Of a DNA stretch of 64,000 bases, positions 55,926 through 64,000 are shown one piece after another; within the stretch, counting starts at the first letter, position 1; each line of letters opens with the position of its first letter. Source of the DNA: Clostridia bacterium (GTDB lineage: Bacteria; Bacillota; Clostridia; Oscillospirales; Acutalibacteraceae); the NCBI GenBank assembly GCA_017517665.1, contig JAFWYP010000060.1:14759-78758 (forward strand), in the 5' to 3' direction. The position numbers and the translations under genes are program-made. Under the pieces are notes generated by a model. The model did not search any database. It saw only the letters and a list, made by a program, of their open reading frames with translations, and had not been told where the DNA came from.

Positions 55926-56450
55926 TTATATGAATTTTTTGAGTCGTTGTTTCAATGTTAAACCTATACATGAAGCGGCGGCAATTTTTATTATATCGCC
56001 GATTATAAACGGCAGAACGCAAACCGCGGCAGCCTGCAAAAAGTTGCATTCTGCCCTATACATATACCACAGCGTGCCCGAAAGATAACAGACAAAAGTA
56101 CCTGCCGCCATGCTGACAGGGAAAATGATTTTTGCTTTTTCAAACTTGTCTGTCAATAACCCGATGATAAATGCGCATGGGATATACCCTATGATATATC
56201 CGCCCGTGTAGCCCGAGATGCATTGCAAGCCGCCTGTAAATGATGAAAAAACGGGCAGTCCGACAGCACCGATAAGAATATAAACGGCAACTGCAGGGAG
56301 TGAATAGCTTTTACTGACCGAGCAGGAAACAACTTATATCGCAAATGTTGAAAGCGATATCGGAACTGCGCCCGCAGGTACGGATAACGGTGCAAAAATG
56401 CAGATGATTGCCGCAAGTATTGCAATGATTACTGTTTTTCTTATGTTCAA
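55926..56450 (-). pseudogene. bioY: Biotin ECF S component BioY with an in-frame TAA at codon 39
   Basis: GAGG RBS and TTG start at 56450. Reads VPISLSTFAI*VV...YILIGAVGLPVF...TGGYIIG...PFIIGDIIK in a single frame, with the stop at 56336-56334. Confidence 0.85.
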
Positions 56451-56491
56451 AGGTAATACCTCATGTGGTTGCATTGTAAAGTTAAAACGCT

Positions 56492-57451
56492 TTACATAAG
56501 CGTGTTAATATATGTTGTTTTAATGTTTTCTTTAACGATATCAACGATTTCTATGCCTGAATTTTTATATCCTGCAAAAATTGCCCCTATTTCAGGCGTA
56601 AAGTCAATAAGCTTTACATTGCTGTAACCGTGTCGGTTCATGATGTCGGTGAATTCATGCCTGAAAAACATATTGTTCTGGAAAACTCCACCCCAAAGAC
56701 CGATGGCAATATCCTTGTTTTTGTTTTTCAGAAGACCTAAAGCAGTTTTTGAAAGCTCTTCGGCTTCATTTATCAGAATGTTTTTTGCAACCTCGTCACC
56801 GCTTTCGCAGCACTTACTGACAAGTCTTGCAAAGGCGGCGGTTTTTTTGCGGCTTACTTTTTTCTCATAGTACAAGTCAATGAGGTCATATATATTGTTA
56901 GCGGAAAAATATTCAAGACATTCGTTAAGAAGAGCAGTATCGGGTGCGCATTTTTCATATGCTCTGATAGCTGCTTTTATTCCTGCAAGACCGATTGAAT
57001 ATCCGCTTCCTTCGTCGCCGAGGATATAACCCCAGCCGCCTGTGTGACTCATGCTCCCGTCGGAGTTTCTGCAAACAGCCATTGAACCCGTTCCGCTGAT
57101 TATTGCGGCGCATTCACCGCTGATATCCATTGCTTCAAGGGCAACATATAAATCTGAGTCCATGATAATGCTTTCGCTGTCAATGATTTTATTGCAGAAT
57201 CTTTCTGTTTCCTGCAAAGATGCTCTTTCGTTGAGTGCAGACATACCGATTACCGCACAGCGGAATTTTTTAATGCAAAGGTTTTCGATTATATTTTTCA
57301 TTGCAAGGCGTGCAGCTTCAATTCCGACGGAATAGTAATTAATGCTTTCTCCGCAGGCACTGCATATGAACTCGCCTTTTTCGTTGAAAACAACTGCTGT
57401 TGTTTTGCTTCCGCCTCCGTCAACGCCGAGAAAATATGAATTGCTGTTCAT
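56492..57451 (-). CDS. BadF/BadG/BcrA/BcrD-family sugar kinase (GlcNAc/MurNAc kinase-like)
   Basis: LGVDGGGSKT, ISGTGS and GGWGYILGDEGSGY motifs; GGAGG RBS before ATG 57451. Confidence 0.88.
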   Translation of the reverse strand: MNSNSYFLGVDGGGSKTTAVVFNEKGEFICSACGESINYYSVGIEAARLAMKNIIENLCIKKFRCAVIGMSALNERASLQETERFCNKIIDSESIIMDSDLYVALEAMDISGECAAIISGTGSMAVCRNSDGSMSHTGGWGYILGDEGSGYSIGLAGIKAAIRAYEKCAPDTALLNECLEYFSANNIYDLIDLYYEKKVSRKKTAAFARLVSKCCESGDEVAKNILINEAEELSKTALGLLKNKNKDIAIGLWGGVFQNNMFFRHEFTDIMNRHGYSNVKLIDFTPEIGAIFAGYKNSGIEIVDIVKENIKTTYINTLM

Positions 57452-57586
57452 GTTGACACCTCCCGAAAAGATTTGATTATAAGTTAACAGTTTATACATC
57501 GGATTTTCGCATATTGTCAATATGTGGATAGTATGATTAGAGTGCGAAAAAAATTCTGAATTTTATTATATATATCCAAGAAAGGA

Positions 57587-58051
57587 ATGAATGTTTTGGA
57601 AAAATTAAAACATCCGTGTGTTATGGTCTGCGTTACACAGCAGGAATCCTGTTCAAGGCTTATTGAAGCAGGCGCAAGAATTGCAAAAGAAGAAAAGCTT
57701 CCTCTTTCTGTTATAAGCGTTTTTAAAGAAAGCAAAGGAATGAATGCAAACAGCGGGGGAGCGCTTGAAGAGCTTTTCGGATGTGCGCAAAAATATAATG
57801 CATCCATGAATGTTTATTTTAACGACAGTCCTGCGCTTGTTGTTGCCGTAGCGGCAAAGAAAAACCGTGCTTCAACAATTGTTACGGGTTTTCCGGCAGA
57901 CGGAAGCAGCGGATTTATCGCGAGAATTCATGAAATTCTGCCCGATATTCCCATAACAATGGTTGATTCAGAATCGAATGAATATAAGGTAATGCAATAT
58001 GATAAGGAAGAAATTGAAGAAGCACGAAGATTAAGCACCTTAATTCATTGA
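57587..58051 (+). CDS. Universal stress protein-like (KdpD USP-type domain)
   Basis: VMVCVT.QESC.RLI.AG motif. The start may be TTG at 57596. Confidence 0.7.
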   Translation: MNVLEKLKHPCVMVCVTQQESCSRLIEAGARIAKEEKLPLSVISVFKESKGMNANSGGALEELFGCAQKYNASMNVYFNDSPALVVAVAAKKNRASTIVTGFPADGSSGFIARIHEILPDIPITMVDSESNEYKVMQYDKEEIEEARRLSTLIH

Positions 58052-60070
58052 AATTCCGCCTGAGAAGAGTCTGTTGACGGCGTTCCTCAGTAATTTATAT
58101 TCCTCGCCCTCAAGGGCGGGGTTTTTTTTGAGCAGATTTTCTGCGGCGGAATGAGTTTCTCTTATTGCTTCGCCGTCAGTCATCATGTTTGCTATTTTAA
58201 GTTCGGGCAGACCGTGCTGGCGCGAACCGAAGAAATCGCCCGGACCGCGGAGTTTCAGGTCTTCATCGGCAATTTTAAAACCGTCGGTTGTCGAAGCAAG
58301 GATTTTGAGTCTGTGTTCGGTTTCCTCGTTCTGTGCATCGGAAATCATGATGCAGGTTGATTTTTCGCTGCCTCTGCCGATTCTTCCGCGAAGCTGATGA
58401 AGCTGTGAAAGTCCGAATCTTTCTGCATTTTCGATAACCATTATAACTGCATTCGGAACATCTATTCCAACCTCAATAACGGTTGTTGAAACCAGAAGCT
58501 GTGTTTCTCCCGATGCAAATGAATCCATAACAGCTTTTTTTTCGGCAGGCTTCATTTTACCGTGAAGCAGTCCTACAGAAAAGCCTTTGAAAAATTCTTC
58601 GGAAAGTTTTTTATAAAGCTCTGTTGCCGCTGTAAGCTCTGTTTCGTCATTTTCGGCAACAAGTGCACATACTATGTAGCCTTGCTGACCGTTACAGAGA
58701 TGCTTTTTGACATAACCGTAAGCGCGCTCACGGATTTCTGAATTGACAAGATATGTTTCAATCTTCTGTCTGCCTTTCGGAAGTTCATCGAGAATGCTCA
58801 GATCAAGGTCGCCGTAAATAATAAGAGCGAGTGTTCTCGGTATAGGTGTTGCAGACATAACAAGTGTATGAGGATTAATGCCTTTCGAGGAAAGCGAACC
58901 TCTTTGATTAACTCCGAAACGGTGCTGTTCATCCGTAACCGCAAGGGCGAGATTGCTGAATTCAACATCTTTCTGAATGAGTGCGTGAGTGCCTACGGCA
59001 AGGTCGATTTCGCCGTTTTTAAGAGCCTCTTTGATTTTTTTCTTTTCTGACACAGGAGTTGAACCCGTGAGCAGACCGATGGTTATGTCTGTGTTTTCAA
59101 ACATTTTTGCGAGTGTTTTATAGTGCTGCATGGCAAGAACCTCGGTAGGCGCCATCAAGGCACTCTGAAAACCGTTTTTGGCACAGTTATATATAAGCGC
59201 GGCACTTACTGCTGTTTTACCCGAACCGACATCACCCTGAAGAAGTCGGTTCATGGGAACATTTTTCATCATGTCATCGGCGGACTGCCTGATTGCGCGT
59301 TTTTGTGCGCCTGTCAGTTCAAAGGGCAGGAGAGCAAAGAATTCTTCCGTATAATCCGCCTGCATAGGTATTGCGTTTGAACGGCGTGATTTGGATTTAA
59401 GGCGCAGCAGACCGAGCTCAAGAAGAAAAAGCTCTTCAAAAATAAGTCTTCTGCGTGCCTCGGACATCATATCCTCGTTTTCGGGGAAATGGATATTTTT
59501 AAGTGCGGATTCTATATCCATAAGGCAATAGCTGTTTCTGATATCCTGCGGAAGAGGGTCGGGTATTTTGCCGCACACATCAAATGCCGTTCTTATGAGC
59601 TTTTCAATTGCTCTTGAATTCATCCCTGCAGTCTGCGGATAAATCGGACGCATTTTTCCTTCACCGTCAAATTCGGTAAATTCGGGAGAATTCATCTGAC
59701 GGTAATATCCTTTGCCGGTTATTTTCCCGAAAAAAAGATATTCCTTGCCCTGTTCAAGCTTTTCAGCCGCGTATTTATTATTAAAGAATGTTACGTCAAT
59801 CAGGCTTTCGCCATCGGTTATTTCGGTTTTATAGAGAGCCATGCCTTTGCGGATTTTGTGTTCACGCACCCTCATTCCGACAATTGCTTTTATGCATACG
59901 TTTTCATCAAGCGGAGCTTCTTTTACGGAAAGAATATTACTCCAATCCTCGTAAACGCGCGGATAAAAAGTCAGCAAATCCCAAAGGGTGCAAATCCCGA
60001 GCTTGCCGAGCATGGCGGCTCTTTTTTCACCCACACCTTTGAGATATTTGATGCTTGCGTTAAGTTCCAT
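58040..60070 (-). CDS. recG: ATP-dependent DNA helicase RecG
   Basis: LQGDVGSGKT, DEQHRFGV, SATPIPRT and QLRGRIGRG motifs. Confidence 0.97.
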   Translation of the reverse strand: MELNASIKYLKGVGEKRAAMLGKLGICTLWDLLTFYPRVYEDWSNILSVKEAPLDENVCIKAIVGMRVREHKIRKGMALYKTEITDGESLIDVTFFNNKYAAEKLEQGKEYLFFGKITGKGYYRQMNSPEFTEFDGEGKMRPIYPQTAGMNSRAIEKLIRTAFDVCGKIPDPLPQDIRNSYCLMDIESALKNIHFPENEDMMSEARRRLIFEELFLLELGLLRLKSKSRRSNAIPMQADYTEEFFALLPFELTGAQKRAIRQSADDMMKNVPMNRLLQGDVGSGKTAVSAALIYNCAKNGFQSALMAPTEVLAMQHYKTLAKMFENTDITIGLLTGSTPVSEKKKIKEALKNGEIDLAVGTHALIQKDVEFSNLALAVTDEQHRFGVNQRGSLSSKGINPHTLVMSATPIPRTLALIIYGDLDLSILDELPKGRQKIETYLVNSEIRERAYGYVKKHLCNGQQGYIVCALVAENDETELTAATELYKKLSEEFFKGFSVGLLHGKMKPAEKKAVMDSFASGETQLLVSTTVIEVGIDVPNAVIMVIENAERFGLSQLHQLRGRIGRGSEKSTCIMISDAQNEETEHRLKILASTTDGFKIADEDLKLRGPGDFFGSRQHGLPELKIANMMTDGEAIRETHSAAENLLKKNPALEGEEYKLLRNAVNRLFSGGISMN

Positions 60071-60073
60071 AGT

Positions 60074-60961
60074 TTACTCCGACTGTATTCTCATGTTATC
60101 TATTTTTATGTCGCTGAGTTCACCGAGTTCGAGACCCGTTGATAATGCTTTATCGGGACTGTTTGTGTGAACATGAACCTTGATTATTCCCGAATGCTCA
60201 GCCACCGCGGTTGAATTACCGAATCCGGAAAGCGTGCTGCGAAGAGAAGCAATATCCGTTCGGTACGGGGAATTTATCAGAAATTCCGTGCAGTAAATAT
60301 ATTCGGTACTGTGAGGAATGTCGGCGCTTTTTTCTTCTTTCGGTATCGCTTTGGCGGAAGATTTATCTGCGCCTGCCATACCCCTCATGATATGGATAAG
60401 TCCCTGACCGCCCGCATCAACAACACCGTGTTTTTTTAAAGCGGGGAGAAGATTGGTAGTTGTTTTGAGAGAAGCCTCAGCGCCTGCAAGCGCCTGCATA
60501 AATGTTTCTTCTGCAGTACAGCCTTTTGCCGCCGCAGAAGATGCTTTTGCTGCCGCAAGACGGATAACCGTCAGCATTGTGCCTTCCGTCGGTTTTTCAA
60601 TGGATGCATATGCTTCGTCACTGCCTGCTTCAAGAGCTTTCGCAAGAGATACAGCATCTATTTCGTCAAGACCCTCAATGCTTTTTGCAAATCCTTTGAA
60701 AATAAGGGAAAATATAACACCCGAATTACCCCTTGCGCTTCTGAGAAATGCACCTGCTGCCTTATCGGCAAGCTCTCCCGCAGACATATCGGGAAGGTTT
60801 GCAACAACTTTTGCACAGCCCGAGAGTGTCAATGTAAGATTTGTCCCCGTGTCGCCGTCGGGTACGGGAAAAACATTTATATCATCAACCTCTTCCGAAT
60901 AACGGCTGATATTCTCCGCGGCGGAGATAATTGCATTTTTAAGCATTCCGGCAGTAATCAT
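60074..60961 (-). CDS. DAK2-domain protein, short FakA/YloV homologue lacking the C-terminal domain
   Basis: NVFPVPDGDTGTN, ARGNSGVI, PTEGTMLTV, VVDAGG, YCTEF and KVHVHT motifs; ends at IKIDNMRIQSE. Confidence 0.85.
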   Translation of the reverse strand: MITAGMLKNAIISAAENISRYSEEVDDINVFPVPDGDTGTNLTLTLSGCAKVVANLPDMSAGELADKAAGAFLRSARGNSGVIFSLIFKGFAKSIEGLDEIDAVSLAKALEAGSDEAYASIEKPTEGTMLTVIRLAAAKASSAAAKGCTAEETFMQALAGAEASLKTTTNLLPALKKHGVVDAGGQGLIHIMRGMAGADKSSAKAIPKEEKSADIPHSTEYIYCTEFLINSPYRTDIASLRSTLSGFGNSTAVAEHSGIIKVHVHTNSPDKALSTGLELGELSDIKIDNMRIQSE

Positions 60962-61024
60962 ATATTCATCCTCTTTGCATTTTTTTGAATATATTATGCC
61001 GTTTTTATCTGCAAATAATTCCTT

Positions 61025-62503
61025 TTATCTGAAACTCCATTCCTCGATGTTATAAAAAACATCTCCGTCGCACGAATTGAAGCTGCCCTGCATGGAGTTG
61101 GTGTATGAAGCGGCAGCGTTTCTGTAGCAAAGCGGTATAAGGGGCAAATCCTCGTTGAATGTGTTTACGAAGTCCATGAGTTCGCATTTGCCGTTCAGAT
61201 ATTGGTCATATCTCGTTGCCGAAGTGCAGAGCGGGTCTGTGCCGTAGCTTGCGTCACCGCCGAAAATCGGGAAGAGATTCATATTGGGGGAAAGGCGCAC
61301 TTCGCCGATATACATATCGTATGAGCCGAGCTTTACTGCTTCCGTATAATAATCGGCAGTATATGCTTTAAGAGTTATTTTGAATCCGAGCTTTTCAAGA
61401 TATCCCTTGATAAACTCTGCTGTTTCAAGCTTGAACTGATTTTCTTTGTTGACGAGCAGGGAGATTTCCTTTGAAGAAATATCAATTTCTGACTGTGAGA
61501 TATATTCTTCTGCTTTGGGTAAATCCATCGAAATAACAAGGTCTTTTGAGGATAAAGCATACCAGTCGGGATTAAAGGGGGAGTAGGTTGCTCTTGCGTG
61601 GCCCTGGAATGCCGTTGTTACGATTTCGTTTCTGTTGATTGCAAGATTGACAGCCTGACGCAGATTTGCATCGGAGAATATTTCGCTTTCGTAGTTGAAT
61701 CCGAGATAAACGAAGTTGTTTATACCCATGTCAACGGTTTTGGCGTTGATTCTCAGATAACTTCCGCTTGAAAGGTCATTATAGTAAAATCCCGTGTTAC
61801 CGATTTCAAGACTGCTTTCTATTGAGCTGCTGTCACGCACGGGAACAAGCATAATCGTTTTTATTGCGGGATTGAAATTTGTTTTTTTTGTGTTAACAAC
61901 AAGATATGTTGATTCTCCCGATTTCTGAGGAACATATCTTCCCGAACCTATGGGAAGTTCACCTTCCGAACCGTTTTTGACTATGGGGAAAGTCAGACAC
62001 GAAAGGGCATAAGGGTCGGGAACTTCAAGAGTAAAAACAAGCATATTTGATGAGGAAATGCTTGCCTGAAGGAAGTTGAGAAGTCTTGAGCTGTAATTCG
62101 GGGAATACCTTGCCTGCTCAAACGAATAAACAACATCGCCTGAGGTTACGGGTGTTCCGTCTGAAAAAACGGCAGAGTCAAGAGTAACATTAACGGTTGT
62201 GCCGCTGACGATAGAACTTTTGGCAATAACGGGAACTGGCTCATATTTATCGTTAAGTCTGTAAAGACCGTCATATATAAGACCCATAATCTGAATGTTT
62301 GCCGACATCGAAGATGTGAACGGGTCAAGCATATCCGCTTTTGAATATGCAAGCTTTAATGTGCCCTCTTTTTTGTCGCTGATATCGGAAACACCAACGG
62401 GTTCGTTTCCGATGACGGGTTTTATTTCATCGCATCCCGAAAAAACAGTCAGGATGAAAGATGCTATCAATATAAATACAGCAATTTTTTTCATTTTGCT
62501 CAC
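61025..62503 (-). CDS. Family 5 (Opp/Dpp-type) ABC substrate-binding lipoprotein
   Basis: Lipobox FSGC, LIYDGL, FSDGTPVTSGDV.YS, PIGSGRY and LRQAVNLAINR motifs. Confidence 0.85.
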   Translation of the reverse strand: MSKMKKIAVFILIASFILTVFSGCDEIKPVIGNEPVGVSDISDKKEGTLKLAYSKADMLDPFTSSMSANIQIMGLIYDGLYRLNDKYEPVPVIAKSSIVSGTTVNVTLDSAVFSDGTPVTSGDVVYSFEQARYSPNYSSRLLNFLQASISSSNMLVFTLEVPDPYALSCLTFPIVKNGSEGELPIGSGRYVPQKSGESTYLVVNTKKTNFNPAIKTIMLVPVRDSSSIESSLEIGNTGFYYNDLSSGSYLRINAKTVDMGINNFVYLGFNYESEIFSDANLRQAVNLAINRNEIVTTAFQGHARATYSPFNPDWYALSSKDLVISMDLPKAEEYISQSEIDISSKEISLLVNKENQFKLETAEFIKGYLEKLGFKITLKAYTADYYTEAVKLGSYDMYIGEVRLSPNMNLFPIFGGDASYGTDPLCTSATRYDQYLNGKCELMDFVNTFNEDLPLIPLCYRNAAASYTNSMQGSFNSCDGDVFYNIEEWSFR

Positions 62504-63207
62504 CTTGTCAAATCAAGAATAATTTTTCCTGCCATTATCATTCCCGCAACGGGAGGCACAAACGGAAGACTGCCCGGAGTTTGTCTTTTGCCAGTATCTT
62601 CCGTTGTTTGTGAGGGCTTTACGGGAATTTCGGGAGACCACACAACGTTCAGCTTTTTTATTCCTCTTTTTTTAAGTTCTGTTCTCATTACTCTGCACAG
62701 AGGACAGCCGCTTGTTTTATATATATCCGAAACGGTAAATTGCGATGGGTCGAGTTTGTTGCCTGTGCCCATGCACGATATCATCGGTATACCGTATTGT
62801 GCGGATTTTACCGCCAAATCAATTTTTGCGCTGACTGTATCTATGGCATCGGCTATATAATCGTAGCTTTCAAGACTGAATTCATCGGAGTTTTCGGGAA
62901 GATAGAATTTTTGAAGTGCGGTCACTTTGCAGTCGGGGTTGATATCGAGAATTCTTTCTTTCACAACTTCAACCTTCGGTCTGCCGACGGTTGAGTGAAG
63001 CGCACAAAGCTGACGGTTGATATTCGTTACGGAAAAAACATCGTTATCAACTATTGTGATTCTGCCTATGCCTGCTCTTGCAAGAGCTTCCGCCGTGTAT
63101 GAGCCGACACCGCCCAGACCGAAAAGAATAACGTTCTTTTCGGAAAGAATGTTTGTTGAATTTTCGCCGAGAATCATTTCCGTTCTCAAAAACTGTGAAT
63201 GCTCCAT
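62500..63207 (-). CDS. tcdA: tRNA threonylcarbamoyladenosine dehydratase (ThiF family)
   Basis: GLGGVGS, TNINRQ, DAID, GNKLDP, CPL and FVPPVAG motifs. Confidence 0.9.
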   Translation of the reverse strand: MEHSQFLRTEMILGENSTNILSEKNVILFGLGGVGSYTAEALARAGIGRITIVDNDVFSVTNINRQLCALHSTVGRPKVEVVKERILDINPDCKVTALQKFYLPENSDEFSLESYDYIADAIDTVSAKIDLAVKSAQYGIPMISCMGTGNKLDPSQFTVSDIYKTSGCPLCRVMRTELKKRGIKKLNVVWSPEIPVKPSQTTEDTGKRQTPGSLPFVPPVAGMIMAGKIILDLTR

Positions 63208-63301
63208 AGTTAAGCCTCTTGAATATAATTATACATATTAATAATACAACAAAACATTGCATATTGTAAACTGTATTTTAAAATTTATATAATATTTTTA
63301 A

Positions 63302-63339
63302 AATAAAACGCTCCTTACAGTCGTGAAGCTGTAAGGAGC
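63302..63339 (-). terminator. Intrinsic terminator after the GH36 gene
   Basis: GCTCCTTACAG...CTGTAAGGAGC stem with a GTTTTATTT tail on the minus strand. Confidence 0.8.
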
Positions 63340-63348
63340 ATTGACAAT

Positions 63349-63999
63349 TTATTTAGCGTTGTACATAAGGAATATTGCTTTTTCGCCGTCGGGAAGTGAT
63401 ATTGAGAGCCCTTTGTTCATCAGCTCTTCGCCCGTTACGGTATAAACGGTTTCGGGAGTATCAATATCATAAATGTTATATGTTTTTGCAGGTGCAAGAC
63501 CGTTGAGCTTAACGGTGTATTCCGTTTTTGCAACATCGGGTCTTTTGTAGATAAGCGCCGTGCCTGCAAGTCCGTCATCGGTCGAATATTGCATTGCGTG
63601 CATTTTGTTCTTGTCGAAACTGCCGAAATCAAGGGGATAATATCTGCCTGCCATAAGCTCTCTCTGCTCTTTGTGGAAGCTGAAATCAGGATGAGTGTTT
63701 GCATAGAAATCCATGAGCATAAGAGGCATGACTGCCGACCTTGAGGAATATTCGCTCTGCATATTGAGTGCTGTACCCGAAATCGGAAGCCAGAACGAAA
63801 GACCGTAGGTTTGTGACTGCGTTGCCTCAAAAAGATTGTAGTGTACTGCACAGTTATAGTCGCTTCTCCAGAACGGAATGCTGCGGAATGCCATTTCAAG
63901 GTCAAGTCTTTTACCGCCCGAAGCGCAGTTGTCAATTATAAGTCCGTCAATGTTTTCGGTGAGATAATCAAGGTATCTGTAAAGATTTGTAACATAGTG
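63349..63999 (-). CDS. Alpha-galactosidase GH36, C-terminal part (5'-truncated by window edge)
   Basis: Frame is open to the window end: IIDNCASGGKRLDLE...WRSD, plus a C-terminal LNGL...Y...TGEELM.KGL beta domain. Confidence 0.8.
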   Translation of the reverse strand, partial: HYVTNLYRYLDYLTENIDGLIIDNCASGGKRLDLEMAFRSIPFWRSDYNCAVHYNLFEATQSQTYGLSFWLPISGTALNMQSEYSSRSAVMPLMLMDFYANTHPDFSFHKEQRELMAGRYYPLDFGSFDKNKMHAMQYSTDDGLAGTALIYKRPDVAKTEYTVKLNGLAPAKTYNIYDIDTPETVYTVTGEELMNKGLSISLPDGEKAIFLMYNAK

Positions 64000-64000
64000 G

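Noticed and set aside
56334-56336. Stop-codon reassignment explaining the bioY TAA
   Set aside because: TAA, TAG and TGA all terminate genes normally in this window, and this is a single isolated case.
56475-56496. TGTAAAG-N8-CTTTACA upstream of bioY as a BirA operator
   Set aside because: The spacer is much shorter than the roughly 15-bp spacing of known BirA sites, and it overlaps the upstream stop. It may be only a weak hairpin.
1-64000. Prophage, IS, integrative element, tRNA/rRNA or anti-phage defence island
   Set aside because: I recognised no integrase, transposase, phage structural gene, cloverleaf or defence-gene cluster. mazF is the only toxin-like gene.

Overview
A densely coding chromosomal segment from a spore-former-type Bacillota, most likely Clostridia/Oscillospirales. 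This is inferred from gene content, sigmaA promoters and GGAGG/AAAGGCGGTGA ribosome-binding sites. It holds about 63 CDS, mostly housekeeping and nutrient uptake: pduL, mazF, ribU with an FMN riboswitch, yhaM, prmA, ispE, rfbD, an M23/LysM/G5 peptidase, a sugar ABC system, an ECF sigma module, trkAH, a thiamine-precursor ABC system with a TPP riboswitch, GH38, a PPTase, an acyl-CoA ligase, nrdR, D-Asp racemase/ligase, MATE, recG, tcdA and a partial GH36. I saw no rRNA, tRNA, CRISPR array, transposase, integrase or phage gene. The most notable observations are: an antitoxin-less mazF with a structured upstream region and a forespore-type promoter candidate; a membrane-anchored PP2C phosphatase with a Thr-rich tail; a FakA-like gene cut at a domain boundary; two single-base lesions (a QueG-like frameshift and a bioY nonsense codon); two related long palindromes; and two uncharacterised catabolic clusters. 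All family calls come from motif recognition by eye, not from database searches.
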